This document shows positions 32,467 to 53,596 of a DNA stretch of 64,000 nt, piece after piece. The stretch comes from the human T2T-CHM13v2.0 reference genome, Homo sapiens. The stretch lies in NCBI RefSeq assembly GCF_009914755.1, contig NC_060935.1, one strand, 5' to 3'. The first letter of the stretch is position 1, and the number at the start of each line of letters is the position of its first letter. The notes beneath the pieces are model-generated. The model made no database searches. It was not told the origin of the DNA and worked only from the letters and a program-made list of their open reading frames with translations. The position numbers and the translations under genes were made by a program.

Positions 32467-34994
32467 ATCCTCCAGTTTATTTTTAAAGCTGCTATTTGCT
32501 AAAGGCCTTGAAACAAAACTATTTTGACTTTGGAAGAAGATAGTTCCTTATTTAGTCTTGAACAGACACATTCCTTTTAGCCAAACAGGTGGGTGAAAAA
32601 GAAATCAGCTTGGGAGAGCAGGTCTATCAGGTTTCTCTGGCTCTCCTCTTGTAGGTGGAAATTCATCTGGGCCTGTTTACATTCTGAAAAAGGTCAAGTT
32701 CTGAAATACTTTTGGAAGCAGCCCAAAAGAAGGCTGCTATACCCCCCACAGGGTTGGGACACACATTAAGAAGACCTGAGGTGAACCAGTTATGCCATTT
32801 AAGAATTTTATGCATCAAGAAAGGTGTAATTGTTTCAGTGAGATTAAAATAACAACTTCTCATATTTAGATAATGCGTTACAGCTTGCACACTGTTTTCT
32901 TACACACTAAAGTTGTGCTGATAACGTCTCTGAAAATCGCATAAGATAGGCATCTCTATCCCTATTATAAAAATAAGGCAACCAAGGAACAGAGAAGTGG
33001 CTTGCTCATCACATACCTGGTTAACTAGCATTGAGAAGAACCACGGTTTCCTGACTCGTACTTTAGATTTTTTTCCATTGCAATCATTCTAATTATCTCC
33101 ATCTGGTTAAGAGAAGTGCTCTCCCTTTGGCCTGGAGTGAATGGATGGAAACTTCCCCCTTAAGCAATGTCCAATTTTTTATGTTAATAAAAACTTAGCC
33201 CAGCAGGTGTATTAAGCTAACATTAGCTGACACCTCCTCTGTGTCACACCTGTACAAGGTGAGTCAGATTTGATTCTTGATCTGCGGGAGACAAACACAG
33301 ACAGATAATTACAACCCAATAAGATAAAGACTATGCTAAAAGCACATGGGAACCCAGAGGTGTCCTGAACTCTGCCTTGATGGGCTAAAGAATGCCTCTA
33401 AAAGTTGATAATATTGAAGCTGATTTTACTTTTTACTGAGTATAACTTATGCTACTTCAAATCATTTTACCTCTCTGTTCCTTATTTGTCTCATTTGTAA
33501 AACAGGGCTAGAAATACCTGTTTTGTCTAATATAAGTATACAAACCTTAAGAGTATTGAAGCTGATCTTAACCGAAGGTTCCTCAGAGCTTTTTCTAACA
33601 TAAGTATCCAAGAAGTTCTTTTATTTTCAGAACCAGGACTACAGTGGTGACCACAGACCATTTCAGAGCTGCTTCAGAACTCAGCTTTGCTGAAGGCAAA
33701 GCTCCTAATTTGGGGCTGTTTGTGAATCCTCTGCATAAAGGTTTGCATGAAGGAACCACTCATTTCCTTCCTTAAGAAAGAGCTTCCAAGGCATAAAAAG
33801 GACAGACACTCTGAGAACACTATTAAGGCAAGAGGAAAGTCAGAAGTACAGAGTGTAGAATCATGGTCTCCTACCAGAAAGTTTCTGTCGCCTGTTCTCC
33901 ATTCTTGCTGCCACCTTGCTTGTTTAGGCTTCAGAACTTGAACTAATGTGACGGCCCTCTCAGTGATTGCTGCTTTCGGTATTCTCCAGTATCTTTTTCA
34001 TACTGCCACCAAGATTTCATGTCTGGTCAACAAATATGACCTTGCCTCTCCACAGATTAAGATTTTGTTGGTTTCATCTCACCTGCAGTGTCAGTCATGT
34101 AGCATACAAAATGCTGCCTATGTAGCCTAATTAGTCTTTCCAGCCCCATTTCTCACTACTTTTTACTCACATTTAATGACCTTTTTTTGGCCAATGTCCC
34201 ATTCTCTCATACTACCAAGCTTTTGAGCATGCTGTTTCTTCTCATTAGAATGCCTTTTTCCTCTTTCATTCAGCAAACTTGCTCCTCCTCCTTCAAGAGT
34301 AGGCTAAAGTGACACCAATACTTGGAAGCCTGCCCTGACCACCCCATTAGCAAAAAAATGCCCTCTGTGTTCTCAAAGTTTTCCTATACTACCACATCCA
34401 CCTCCCCACAGCTTTCCTCTTTCATATCGTTTATTCCTCTGTACTAAAAATGTTAACATGTCTCTCCATTAGGCTGTTCCTTGGGGACAGGGACTGTGTG
34501 TTGTTTGTTTATCCCAGCACTGTGATCTTCATGATGCAGCAAAGCAAACATAATGTCCTCCTGTTTTATGAATATGAGACATAACGCCTCTCACATTTCT
34601 GGCAAGAGTTGCAGACCTGTAAATCACTTGTTATTTAGCCTCTTTCTGTTTAGCCAGGTCAAGGCAAGCATAGGGTAGACATCTGACTTTCCAGACGTCA
34701 CTGTTGTATCCTGATTTCCACCCTGCAGTGATAAGCCCATGCAGTCCTTCCTCCCACAGACATTTATGTGTCAGTCAGGCACTGTGCTGAGCATAGAGTG
34801 TAGACCTATAGTATAGAGATCTGCCCATTGTCTCTTTGAGTATAGACCTGCCCATCTGGTTCTGCAGAGCGCATTAACTATGTAACTTCAGGTCATTTTA
34901 CCTTTTTGAACTTCGGTCTCCTCATTTGTGAAATGATTATGTATTGTAATCTCTTCAAACTATAATCCTGCTCGTGGCAAGGATTAAAGGGGAT

Positions 34995-35170
34995 ACAGGG
35001 AATAACCCTGATCTGAAATGCTTGGGGCAAGAGGTATTTCAGATTTTGTAATATCTGCATTATACTTATTCAGTATGCCAAATCTGAAAATCTGAAACCT
35101 GATATATTCCTATGAGCATTTCCTTTGAGCACCAAGTTGGTGCTTTTGGATTTGGGATACCTAACCCATA
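34995..35170. mobile_element. Tigger4/MER46-type TcMar MITE
   Basis: TCTGAAATGCTTGGG...TGAGCATTTCCTTTGAGC signature. Confidence 0.6.
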
Positions 35171-36457
35171 ATTAATGTACAAAGACTAGAATAGAACTCA
35201 GCACACAGCAGATGATGCTCAATAAATTATTATAAAATTTTGCCAAGTGATATTATAAAACTGTAATTCACTGTCTCATTGAAAATTTGTAAGTATATTT
35301 TGCTTTTTTTTAACAATATGGGAATTCTCCTAAAATGTAACATATACCATATCTTTTGTATATTAAATTTTATTTTCAATGCAACTACAAAAAAAAACTT
35401 TCCAAAAATAAAAGAAGCTTTTTAATACTTTCCTTAAACTCATTCATCTATTGATTTTTTTGGTCTTTAAAAAAAATTTGTCAAAAATGGCTGCTTTGGT
35501 GGGGCAGAAAATTTTTTTTTCTTTAAAAACAAGTAAAAATTGTTCAATTTTGTGATTCACACTGCACTTGAAGAAGACTTTGTCCTGATATAGAATGTTT
35601 CAAGGTTTCTGATACACAATGGCTGAAATGGATGAGAACATCAAGGATCATTATGGAAGCTTATAATCCCAGGAGTAATGGCTGTTGGTAGTATAAACGG
35701 GGAGGAGTAGGAATGAGAGATAAATAATAGTTACTATGAGCACAGGTTTTGTTTCTGTTCTAAAGTAGTAAGGACACATGACACAGTTTGAGAGACACCA
35801 AAACAGACATGACAGGAGCCAAACAGAGAGGTCAAATCTGAATCAAATGATGTATATTGAAACTTTCTGGATTCATAAGGCCATGGTTGACTGGCTCTCA
35901 TAGACACCACACATCTGAACATTGTTAATCACAGCCATTTACAGATGAGAAATTCAAGACAGAGAGAAAGAATACCTTGCTCAAAGTCACACATATGTAC
36001 ACATACAATTTATTGGCTAGGGACACAGGGATAAATATATTCCTACTAGAATGTAATCTCCACAGGGCACAATTTTTGTCTGTCCTTTTTTTTTACTGTT
36101 TTATCCCTGGCACCAAGGACAGGGCTTAGCATGTAGCAAATACAGTAAGTTTTGTTGTAAAATAAATGAATGCATGATGAATGAACAAATGAGATGAGGT
36201 CTTTGCTTTTGAACAGTTCATATCTAGTTGAAAAGAAAACCATGGAAACAACTGCAGTACTGTGTGACATATGATATGATACAGGGGCAAAGTGCCAGGG
36301 GAGCAAATAGAAGGGGGCCTTTATATTGGGAAAGCCCTCCAGGAAATGGTGATGCCTGAGCTGGGTCTGAAGAGAGGAGCTGGAAGTAGCCAGGCAAAAG
36401 AGAAGGGTGACGGCAAAGGGGAAATTTTAGGAGATTACAATGCTGAATAAAGGTAGG

Positions 36458-37285
<828 letters not shown>

Positions 37286-37589
37286 CCCTAGGTGCATTAG
37301 GAAGGCCTGAGTTGGCAGGAATGCAGAAGGAAGAAATCTGAGAAATTTAATAAAGAACAAGTTAGGGATCCGATGATTTGACAGTGGATAAGGAAAAGAG
37401 AAGTATCTATCTAGGTTGAGACTCAGGTGGCTGGACTGGGGAATTTACGATATGCAACAAGTTCAGAAAAGCTTTCATGTTGCTTAAACCTTTAGGCTTG
37501 AGAAATAAATATTTATCAGTTGAGATAATTAACAGATCCTGCCATGATTTGAAAGATTTGTGAAGAAAGGAGCACACCCTGAAGAGTTA

Positions 37590-38147
<558 letters not shown>

Positions 38148-38173
38148 CTAACTATCTTCAATAATGAAAAGTA

Positions 38174-38485
38174 GGCTGAGTGTGGTGGCTCACACCTGTA
38201 ATCCCAGCACGTTGGGAGACTGAAGTGGGCAAATTGCTTGAGTCCAGGAGTTCAAGAGTTTGGGCAACATGGTAAAACCCTATCTCTACAAAAAACACAA
38301 AAATTAGCTGAGCATGGTGGTGTGTGTCTGCAGTCCCAGCTACTCAGGAGGCTAAGGTGGGAGGATCACCTGAGCCCAGGAGGTTGAGGATGCAGTGAGC
38401 CATGACTGCGCCACTGCACTCCAGCCTGGGTGACAGAGCAAGACTCTGTCTCAAAAAACAAAACAAAATAAAACAAACAAACAAA
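38174..38485 (+). mobile_element. AluJ
   Basis: Dimer; flanking TAATGAAAA duplication. Confidence 0.85.
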
Positions 38486-40828
38486 AGTAATGAAAATAGT
38501 AAGATCTCTGATTTAAAGCCAAAGCCAAATGACTACCAGGCAGAGCTGTTGTGGAAGGGATTCATGCGCTGAGAGGCAACAAGACTTAGAGAAGTCTAAG
38601 ATTTGATGAAATCAAGAGTGGTCTATTTTCTCTTCCTCGTGTCTCATGGGCTCCTGTTTTTCGACCTTCTCCCTATCAGGAGGCTGTCTTGACACTCAAT
38701 TTAGCTATGTTTCACTAGGGTTCGGGCGATATTTTGGGGGGGGTGGGGGGAAGTAGGAGGTTAGCAGGAGACCAGAAATAAATACAACGGAGTTAATATT
38801 TGTTGAGTGTTTTTCATAAGCCAGAATCTCAGAGGAGTTAAATAAACTGCCAACATCACTCTGGCAGTAAGTGGCAGATTTAAGCCCAGAGACTTGAATT
38901 TTACTAACTTGCTGAATATTAAAATGAGATTTATAAAACAGAAGGAACTAATAGTTCCTTCTGAATCTCAAAGTTTGCTTCATTAGATTCACTTCAATTC
39001 AGGAAAATGGAGTTAACTGATTCATAGATGGCAATAATATGAAACCTTTCCTGTTTTAGATAACCAGTTTTCTTCTCAAAGCAATGTGTAAATTATTATG
39101 ATTATCAAAGGAAAATAAGGGCAGGTCATTACAGGTGGGAAGACACCCAAAAGCAACACAGTTAAATCCTTATCCTCAGGAAAATGAATAAAACATGGAA
39201 GTAAGGTTGGATGGATGGCTTGACGCATTCAACAAACACATCAAATGACATGCCTTGTATAAGACCCTTGCACAAGAGGATAAAAAGCTCAGACAAGAGG
39301 GATATGGAGAAGTATGAGAGAAACGGATGATCTGAAAAGCTAAATACTACCTTTGGTAGCACTCAATAAAAAGAAGTATTTGTGCTTGAGTTCCTATACT
39401 TAGATCTATATTCAGTGTCCTAAACCTACTTTCTTCAGCAGAATGAAGCTAAAAGCCTGTCTTTATAAACTTTAGTTTAAGTGAACTTGGTTCACTTCAA
39501 GGACATTTTCTGTAGTCCCTTTGAAGGGACTCTAGGCCTGCCCAGATAAAACAGAGCACATGGCATTTGATGTGCTCAAGAGAGCCAGATTTACACCTGT
39601 TAGGTCCAGAAAGAACCAGAGAATTTGGGATGATCACCTAGATACACTCAGTTCTCCTCTAGCCTGGCCCACCCACTCAACAACAGGGTCAGAGCACAGG
39701 GCTGATAGGGCTAACAAAGGGTCATGACTCAGTTTCTTCGACTGTAGAGTGGGGGAAATAACAACTAACTGGACAGCAATGTTAAGCTGAATAAAGATCA
39801 TATTTGTAAAGAATCTAGTCTGGCTATCTCTAATTCATCTTAACTACAGTCACTAGCTTTATTTTTCTAAATGCAAAGCTATACACTCCTCTTGTATTCA
39901 GGAACCATTGTGCTAGTTTTCCATAATTCTCAGGAAAAAAGTCCAAACTTCAGCTGAGAAGAGAAGGCTTTCAACACAGTACTCCTGCCTACCTCCCTAG
40001 CTTCATCTCTAATCACTTCCCAATCTATGTATCCTAACATGCAGCTGTCTGAAATTACTACAGTCCCCAAAATCTATCAAACTGCCTCATTCTCCTGTAC
40101 TTTGACCCATGCTGTTCCCTTCTTTAGAATATCTCTCTTTCCCCCTTTCCTTGACTTATACCTACATCCTTTGAAACTCAGGTCAAGTATCACTTTCACT
40201 GAGATGCTATCCTTAGAGGTGTCATGTCCCTGTGTTCCCATAGCACCAAGAATACCTTTTTCATAGTTCTGATGCTTCATTGTAATTATTTACTTACTAC
40301 TGTATTCTCCTATTAGACTGTAAACTCTTTAAGGTTAGGAACTAGTTCTTACTCATCTTTGAATTCCCAGGTCCAAGCATATGTAACAAGTACTAAACAA
40401 ATGTTTGAAAGAAAAGCACCCAGCACAAAAATGCCACCTGCAAAATGTTACCCTTTTCTTTTCTGCTCTGTTTATTACCATATAGATTTTCTTTATGGTT
40501 CCAAGATGTGGTGACCAGAGAGGAAGAATACCCTGGTCCCCTCAGTAGGTATGCTTTTCCATATAATTAATAAACTAGCATTCTAGATGATCAGATAGGC
40601 TCTTATATATGTGATTACAAGTAGTTCCCTAAATTCATTCATTATTTCATAAGTGTTAACAATGTTCTAAGCACTATGTTAAATGCAAAAATCCGATGAG
40701 TTTGGATGCACTCTAGTGCTACGAAGTTCAGAGCCAATTCTTTGACCTATGTTGACCTCACCACAGTACTGGAATAAGGTAACACCCTTTCTTAAGCAGG
40801 CAGTGGAACTTTAAAAACAATCTCTTTA

Positions 40829-41138
40829 GGGATGAGTTCATGTCCTTTGCAGGGACATGGATGAAGCCTGGAAACCATCATTCTGAGCAAACAAGAACAG
40901 AAAACCAAACACCGCATGTTCTCACTCATAAGTGGGAGGTGAACAATGAGAACACATGGACACAGGGAGGGGAACATCATACACTGGGGCCTGTTAGGGG
41001 TGGGAGGCTAGAGGTGGGATAGCATTAGGAAAAATACCTAATGTAGGTGACAGGTTGATGGGTGCAGCAAACCACCATGGCACATGTATACCTATGTAAT
41101 AAAACTGCACATTCTGCACATGTACCCCAGAACTTACA

Positions 41139-41200
<62 letters not shown>
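40829..41200 (+). mobile_element. L1PA7/8-like 3' end whose tail is a (TA)n microsatellite
   Basis: L1 3'UTR, about 30 TA units at 41140-41200, TSD ATCTCTTTAG at 40820-40829 and 41199-41208. Confidence 0.85.
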
Positions 41201-41204
<4 letters not shown>

Positions 41205-41460
41205 TTAGTTACAAGAAGCACTACTAAATTATTATTAATCTTTCAGCATGCAATAATGGAAGGAACACTTACTAGTCTGTGACCCTGGGCAGGTAACTCA
41301 ATCTCTCTGAGCCTCCTTTTTTATGAATGTAAAATGGGTATAATACCTATCTCACAGGATTGCTGGGAGGGTCAAGTAAAGTAATGTCTGACAGAGTGTC
41401 TCACCTAGTGTTTGACACAGAGCAGGTGCTCAAACTACAAGAGTTGAATCAGGCTCCTCA

Positions 41461-42069
<609 letters not shown>

Positions 42070-42605
42070 TTACGGGAGAAAATAAAGATTCTCAATTATA
42101 GTCTTAAAAGTAAACAAAAAACAAGTTACTTACTCTCCACCCCATAGTGTCCTATCATCCTGGCTCAAGACAGAACAGAAAACATACCCACAGTGAGTTG
42201 GAGTTTATGTTCATCTGACCATTGAGAGGCAATGAGATTAGATGGGAAGAACAAAGGCTAGGAGTTGGAAGATCTGAGTTCTCTTTGGCTATGGCTAGAA
42301 CTAGTGGTTTATTATGAACAAGCCATTAATTTCTCTCAGATTTGGTTTCCTTACCTCACAAATGGGAAAACTGATGCTAGTGCTGTCTCCCAAAGTTGTT
42401 ATGATTGTCCAATGAGATAATGGTTTAGAAAGAGCTTTGAGAGAGAAGTGCTTTAAAAGTGAAATGTTTATGGTACTATGAGTGCAACAGAAAAGGCAGG
42501 GGTCAAAAGAGATCTGGGGTCTAGACCCAAGTCTTCTATCAAGGGAATCGGCACTTAGAGAACACATACCAAGGACCAGGTGCTAGATTTCAAAATCTTT
42601 CTCTA

Positions 42606-42876
42606 TTGCCCGCCTGGGCAGTGTCACCTGTAACTTTGAACTCCTGGGCTCAAGTCATTCTCCTGCCTCAGCCTCCTGAGAATATAGGACTATATGCATG
42701 TGCTACCACGCCTGGCCATTTTCCAAAAAAAGGTTTGTGGGTTTGTTTGTTTTTTTTTGTAGAGATAGGGTCGTGTTGTGATACCCAGGCTGGTCTTGAA
42801 CTCATGGCCTCAAGTGATACTTGCACCTTGGCTTCCCAAGGTTTTGAGATTACAGGAGTGAGCCACTGCACCTGGA
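42606..42876 (-). mobile_element. AluJ, partial
   Basis: Reverse Alu sequence. Confidence 0.8.
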
Positions 42877-43119
42877 CAAAAACTACTCTTTATTAAATAT
42901 CTAGTATGTGTCAGAAATTCTGCTAGCCCTTTACAGATATTATTTCATTTAATTCCTCTGATAACCCTGAGAAGTTCTGAGGACTAAATGGGAGAATAAT
43001 CCTTACTTTACAGATGAGAAAGTGGAAGCTCAGATACCTGTCCAACTTATTACTGCTACCAAGTAAGAGAGCTAGAATTTGACTCCAGGTCTAGCTGGCT
43101 CTAAAGTCTACATTCCACC

Positions 43120-43505
43120 TAGTATAGGTTCACACTATCTTATCTGAAACCTTTAAGGCCAGATTTATTTCTGAATTTAGAATTTCTCAGGTTTTAGAAA
43201 GGTAATAGAGTACATAAACTGAATATTATATAATATTATATATCAGGGCTCACAGATAGTAAACATTTTAGGCTTTGTGGGTCATATGGTCTCTACTGCA
43301 GCTACTCAACTGGGATACTGTGGTAATAAAGTGGCCACAGACACTATGTAAATTAATGGGCACAGTGTGTTTTAATAAAAGTTTACATAAATAGGCAGTT
43401 GCCTAAGTCTCATATCAGCTGAGGTCAGATTTGGCTCCTCAATGAGTTAAAAAACTTCTATTTTCAGGGTCTTTCAGATTTTGGCATTATATAAAACATT
43501 GTGGA
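43120..43505. mobile_element. MER58A-like fragment nested in a Tigger/MER46-like relic
   Basis: GATAGTAAACATTTTAGGCTTTGTGGG...GCAGCTACTCAACT at ~43250-43400. Confidence 0.55.
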
Positions 43506-44956
43506 ATGATAATATTCACAGCAATTTTCTGCGAAATGTTTTACTAAGTATATTTTACAAATGAGATTTAGGCTTATTGAGATTAATTTGCTGAAGATTA
43601 CTTAAGGTTTTATGACTTTTGGACAGGTATTTAACTTTTCTGGGTGTTCTTGTTCTTAGTTTTTCTCTATGAAATGAGGAGGCTGAAAATTTTGATCTCT
43701 AAGGCTCTTTTTCGGCTTGATAGTCTAAGAGCCTAGGGCTTTGGCTCTAAGATTATGTTTCCCCACAGCTTAATGGTTCTTAACATTTTTTTGGTCACAG
43801 ACCCTTTTGGCTCAAATGAAAGCTATTATGCCCCCCAAAATAAACAAATATGTGTAGACACAAAATTTCACGCCATTTCAGTGTTTAAGAACTGCACAGA
43901 TTATTAGATGGTTACTTTAGCTTTGCGATTCTATAATTGAGGTTATAGGTAGGAAAAAACAAAATAGAGTGCTCACTTTAGAACAAAGAGAAATGATATA
44001 TCCTTAATTATCTAAAAGGTTTATATCCAAGGGGTTAATTTTAATTCACAGAGATGTGATTTCCCAGATGGTGCTTGTTCTCTCACAAACTGTAGCTAAG
44101 TTATAGAAGGAAGGAAATTGAGGTATCCTACGTACCTAGCCCTGTGCCAAGATCTTTCACATGTAAGATTTTATTAAATGCTTTAATAATCTAGTGAAAT
44201 AGATCTTACTATTTCCATTACAGATGAGGAAACCATGGATCTGAAAGATGAAGTAACTTTCTTTAGATCACAAATAGTAAGTGACAGAAGGGAGATTTGA
44301 ATCCCATATCAACTTGTGCAGACTTCTCTCTGGCAGGCACATACACAGTACCTGTTTATTAGGGTAGTGCTCAAATACTAACTCATAATAAAATTGGGAG
44401 ATGTGTGACAGAATTCTGCAAACTAGATTACACAATCCTAGGCAGGAAGATTGACAACAGAAGGAAAACCTACACTTACTGCACACCTACTATGTGTCAG
44501 GTACTTTATATAACCAATTTAATGAATTCCTACCTTGTAGACTTGTCAGGATTAACTGTATCCATCCCACAAGATAAGAAAATGGGGGCTCAGAGAGGTC
44601 AAATCACTTGGTCAAGGTCACCCAGTTACTAGTTAAGTAGGATGGGATCAGTATTTCCAGACTGCCTTGGTGGTTGTGTCTATTTTGGGGGGCATTTATC
44701 CCATGTCCTTATTCCTTCTTCAGTGAGAGAAAAAATAGGGAAAAATAATGAGTGAATCTGGATTTCATTTCAGGTCCTGCCACTCACCAGGTATGTGGTT
44801 TTGGCAAACCACTTAATCTCTAAGTTTTCTCATGTGTCAAATGAAAATAATAAGATCCTATATCCTTACCTGTCAGGGTTATCATGAAGCTCAAACAAGA
44901 TCTGAGAAAATATTTTACAAAGTGCTACATAATGTAATGGATATTGCCATATTCTT

Positions 44957-44963
44957 CATCATC

Positions 44964-44995
<32 letters not shown>

Positions 44996-45004
44996 CACCA
45001 CCAT
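44957..45004. repeat. (CAT)n/(CAC) trinucleotide microsatellite
   Basis: catcatcatcat...caccatcat seen directly. Confidence 0.9.
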
Positions 45005-45012
45005 CTTTCTTA

Positions 45013-48070
<3,058 letters not shown>

Positions 48071-48169
48071 GTTTCAAAAAACATTTGAGGTATTGGAGAG
48101 AGTTCAGAAGCATGTGTTAAGGGGTTGTGTTTTCTTTTGAATATCTTACATGAGAGACAGAGAAGATTA

Positions 48170-48379
<210 letters not shown>

Positions 48380-48493
48380 TTACAGTATATCCACACAACC
48401 CTCCCCTTATATGCACTAAATCTTAGTTTTGTAAAATGCATTAGAGATTATCTTGCTCTTGCTCATGCCCCAATCAAAGCCTGAATGCCTTCA

Positions 48494-48652
48494 TTTTTTT
48501 TTTTTTTTGGCAGGGTCTCACTCTCTCATCCAGGCTGGAATGCAGTGGTGCAATCATAACTCACTGCACCTTGAACTCTTGGGCTCAAGTGATCCTCCCA
48601 CTTCGGCCTCCCAAAGTGCTGGGATTATAGGTTTGGGCCACTGTGCCCAGCC
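48494..48652 (-). mobile_element. Alu monomer (FLAM-like)
   Basis: Single reverse arm with T-tract. Confidence 0.75.
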
Positions 48653-48936
48653 CATTTTTTAAATTAAATGTTTTGAAAAAAATTCAGGTATACAGAAAAG
48701 TTGCAAAAATATAATAATGAACTCCTACACACCCTTCATCTCGATACACCCATTAACACTGACACATTTGCTTTATTTCTCTCTACACTATCTTTCTCTT
48801 ACATACTTAGTACATATCCTTATTTTTTGCTATATCTTTCAGAAATAAGTTGCAGAGATTATGACTCCTCACCTTTAAATACTGCAGTATGTATCTCCTA
48901 GGAAGGGCTATACCATTCACAATGCAGCCTCTTTTA

Positions 48937-49287
<351 letters not shown>

Positions 49288-49487
49288 TCAGCTTGATTTT
49301 CTAGAAAATAACTTCATTACTTCTATGAGACCACCAAGAATAAAACCAACTATATGCTTTCTATCTAGGCTTTTGGCAGTGCCACAATGGGCTTTCTTAG
49401 TAATCTAGATATCATGGCATATGTATATGGGAGTGGAGGGGATAACATCTGCCCATCAGAGTGACTCTGAGGATGACCCACTGTCCT

Positions 49488-50018
49488 GTCAATGCTCTTA
49501 AGTCAAGGACCACAGGAACCAACTCTAGTTGAACAAGCTGGGTTTACTGCTCATTGCAATTAAGGAAAATATACACCATGGGGAACCATAGTACATCTCA
49601 GTGAGAAGTATCAGAAAGGGCTTATCAGCATTGGACTTGTGTTAGCTGACTTGAGTGAGGGCTTAAAGGAGCAGGGCTTTGCTCTGGATTGATTTTCTTA
49701 AAGAATCTTATCTAGACGGAGGGAATACTAGAGTAAAGCTAAAGCTATAACTGGTGAAGCAGCAGCTGTCACTCATTTTAGCCAGACAGGAGGATGTTGG
49801 CTGTTTCTATGGTTTGCATAAGTGACCTCGTTTTGGTCTGTGCTTAGACATGATGATGGAGCTGTCTTGTTTTTGTCTCACTTCATCATAGTCATACAGT
49901 GATCTTGTCTGATGCTGATGTTCTGTAAGATTACTTATGGTCAACAAGAAAACACCAAAGCCTACCTATGAATTTTGGCCCAATTCCCAGAAGTCTGGGG
50001 CTGCTTTTATCTTTCTCA
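49488..50018. mobile_element. Solo ERVL-type LTR (MER76-like)
   Basis: TG...CA bounded ~530 bp with CACCATGGGGAACCAT motif; family recalled, not verified. Confidence 0.5.
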
Positions 50019-50630
50019 GCACAGATGTTCCATGATGTATAAATGGAATCTACACGCCTTTAACGACACTCATAAAGAGTAGTCAAGTCATTTGGGTGTA
50101 GCTACAGTATGGGACAAACCCCCTTTCCCTAAACTCCCCAAGGCGATAGAGTTGACATCTAGGCAAAGAAATCACCTATTTTTGAAGCATTTCTTGATAT
50201 CCCTAAAGTAGACTTCTGGGTTCCTTCCTGTTAAAACCTTACTGTACTTCATAGAGAGTAGTAATTTGGAGTTATACAGATCTGGGTTTGAATGCTGGCT
50301 CCACCATTTACTTACCATGTGACTCTGGATAAGTTATTCAACCTCCTTTAAGTCTCAGTTTCCTCTTCACTAAGATGAGGTTAACATAAGATAGTATAAA
50401 TACTAAAGATGTATATTATATATTTGGATGCTTACTGCAATTTCATTTCTAAGAAAAAAAGAAAAACTTTTTCCTTTTCATTATCGTTAATGATCATTAA
50501 TAGATGATTTATCATTAACAGAAGATTAATGTGCATCCATACAATAGTATACCATGAAGTATATATTATGCCTAGGAAAAATGGGGTGAAAATAAATTGA
50601 ATGCTAGCAGTAGCTTAAAAAATGAGGATA

Positions 50631-51082
<452 letters not shown>

Positions 51083-53596
51083 TCACTCATTCAGTCGTTA
51101 TTTGCTGGGTATCTGCTCTGTGTGTCATGCCTTGGGCTCAGCTGGATATATAGTAGTGAAGTAGCCTCAATTCCTTAGCTTCACGGCATTTAAAGACTAC
51201 TGGCTATGTCCAAGAAAGGTTCTATTCACTCTGAGTTAAAGATCAGGTGAGTTAGAAGAAGCAAGTCAGTAAGAAGTGCCTACTTTACATAGGCACCAAC
51301 AATGTATTTTCAGGAAGACCACTGGCAGGTAAGATGGAGGCTGGTGTTTCTTGATGAGAGAAGACTAATTTACAGCACCTGCTATCTAGATGCCAGCGTA
51401 AGGATTCAAGAGGGGTAAGTTTAGAACATCAAGAATTCTTTTCAGTAAGAGGCAATGCAAAATTTACTTCTCTGATTTTACTGGCAAATAGAGGTCACAA
51501 TTATCTATACAAGTGGAAGTAATCATAAAAATCTGTATATTTGTACAATAGTTTGTAGTTTATAAAATGACTTCATATTTGTTAATTTTTACACTGATCC
51601 CTACAAAATCAGGGTAGGTATTTAAAATTTCCATTTCAGATGAAGAAACCGAAGCTCATGGAAGTAAAGAAATCAGCCCCAAATCATACACAGCTAGTAG
51701 GAGATGGGGGTGAGACTAGAAGCTATAGTGTCTGATTTCTAGAACAGTTCTGTGTCCATTATACCATGCATTGTCTCACATCCTGTGAACCTCTCCCAAC
51801 CTACCAGAAGAGTGTTGTGTCAGAACTGGCCTGGCTTCTTGTTCTCCCTCCTTGAATATATGACACAGACCAAATGGGAGATTTAGAACAAACTGCCTGT
51901 CATCCAATCTGACTTTCCTCATGAGTCCTCAGACAGAGCAACTACTGAGTTTCCGACTTGTTATCTGCCCTCTCTGAGATCTACTGAGTATCTAAATTCT
52001 GAGTCCTTCTCTGCCAATTAAATGCTAGTTAATTTAATGCCATATTGAAGAATTCTGATGTTGGCTGGATCTGAGACTGAGGAGGTACTCCAAAAACACA
52101 AGTTTCATGCCTCCCTGCCTTTGCACATGTTCTTCTCTTTCACCAAAATAATTTTCACCCCTTTTGGGTATCTTGATAACTACTATTCTTCTTTTAAGAC
52201 TCAGATTTATTTTGAAGGGGCTTGAATGCCAAGCTAAGGAAGTTGGACCTTATTATATGGACCAATGATCCCTAAAGAAGGCTGTATACAACTTAGGAGG
52301 TTCATAGGATAAACTATATTGGTTATCTCATATATTAAAGTTTTTCTATTCCATGGTATATCTTAGAATATATTTTGTATATGAGTATAGCAGTACATGA
52401 AGATGATTTATACATGAGTAAATATGTACATATTTAAAGGGTATGCTACCTTTTTTATTAATAGGAATGCATAATTAAAATTATGAGATCACTGCTATCA
52501 ACAATGGGAAATCATCAAGTTTTAATGTAAGGAAGTGGTATGATTATAAAACTGCTTTACTGTCTCAGTGATGGGATCTGTACCCTAAACCTTAGCATCA
52601 TGCGACATACCCATATAACAAATCTGCACATGTACCCCTGTATCTAAAATAAAAAGTTGAAATTAAACAAACAAACAAACGAAACACACCAAAAACCAAA
52701 ACAAACATAAAAACAAAACCCAAAACCAACCTGTCTTGACATCACCTTCACTAACACTAAGATGTTCTTGGGCAGTAACTGAAAGAGTCTACGTGGAGAA
52801 TTTAGTGAGGAACAATATTAACTACACTGAGTATCTTAGCTCTTCAGCATCAGATCTCACACAATAATGCAATTTCTTATTTGGAGACCATAAAGTTATA
52901 GGTGAACAGTTTGACCCTCAGCTACAACAGGGAAAAAGTTAGGGAGCACTTGTCTGTTTCTTTGTTCAAAGGGTGTCAGTCTGAAGCAGGAGCCTGATCT
53001 AGTTCTCTTTCTTACTGGGTGCCTGTTATATGCTAGAACTATGCTAGGAGGTTAGAAGGATGGAGAGGAGCTCAGGCAGTATCTCTGACTAGAGGAACTC
53101 ACAGCCTAGTGGGAGAAAAATGCATGTATGCCAATAATTGAAACAGAATATGTGCTACAACCAAGGTGTTAACAAAGGAAAAACCACCAACTCTGCCTAC
53201 ACGTACAAAGAAATAAAGAGAGACTGTAAAGATGTTGCAAAGTCTTGAAGGAAAATAGGAGTTTGTTAAGTAGACAAAAGGAAGAAGAATATTCAAGGCA
53301 GAGAGAAGTATGAGTGAAGACCTGAAGGAGGTAAGGGAAAGGGCTGTGCTGTTTTTCTAGAGAAATAGTGTTCCAGGCAGAGAAAACAGCAAGACAAAGG
53401 CCTTGAGAGGAAAATATGCTTGGTGTGTTCAGAAGCAACATGGGGGTTGTGGCTGGAGTGGAGTAAGCAGAGGGCAGACTAGCAGGAGATGAGATCACAA
53501 AGATAGATGGGGGGTGGGGCACGTGGTTTAGATCATATGGGGTCTCATAGCCATTTTAAGGGCTCTGGTTTTTACTCTGAATAAGATCAAACATAG

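Noticed and set aside
38735-38752. G-run as a functional G-quadruplex
   Set aside because: Short homopolymer-like tract with no supporting context.
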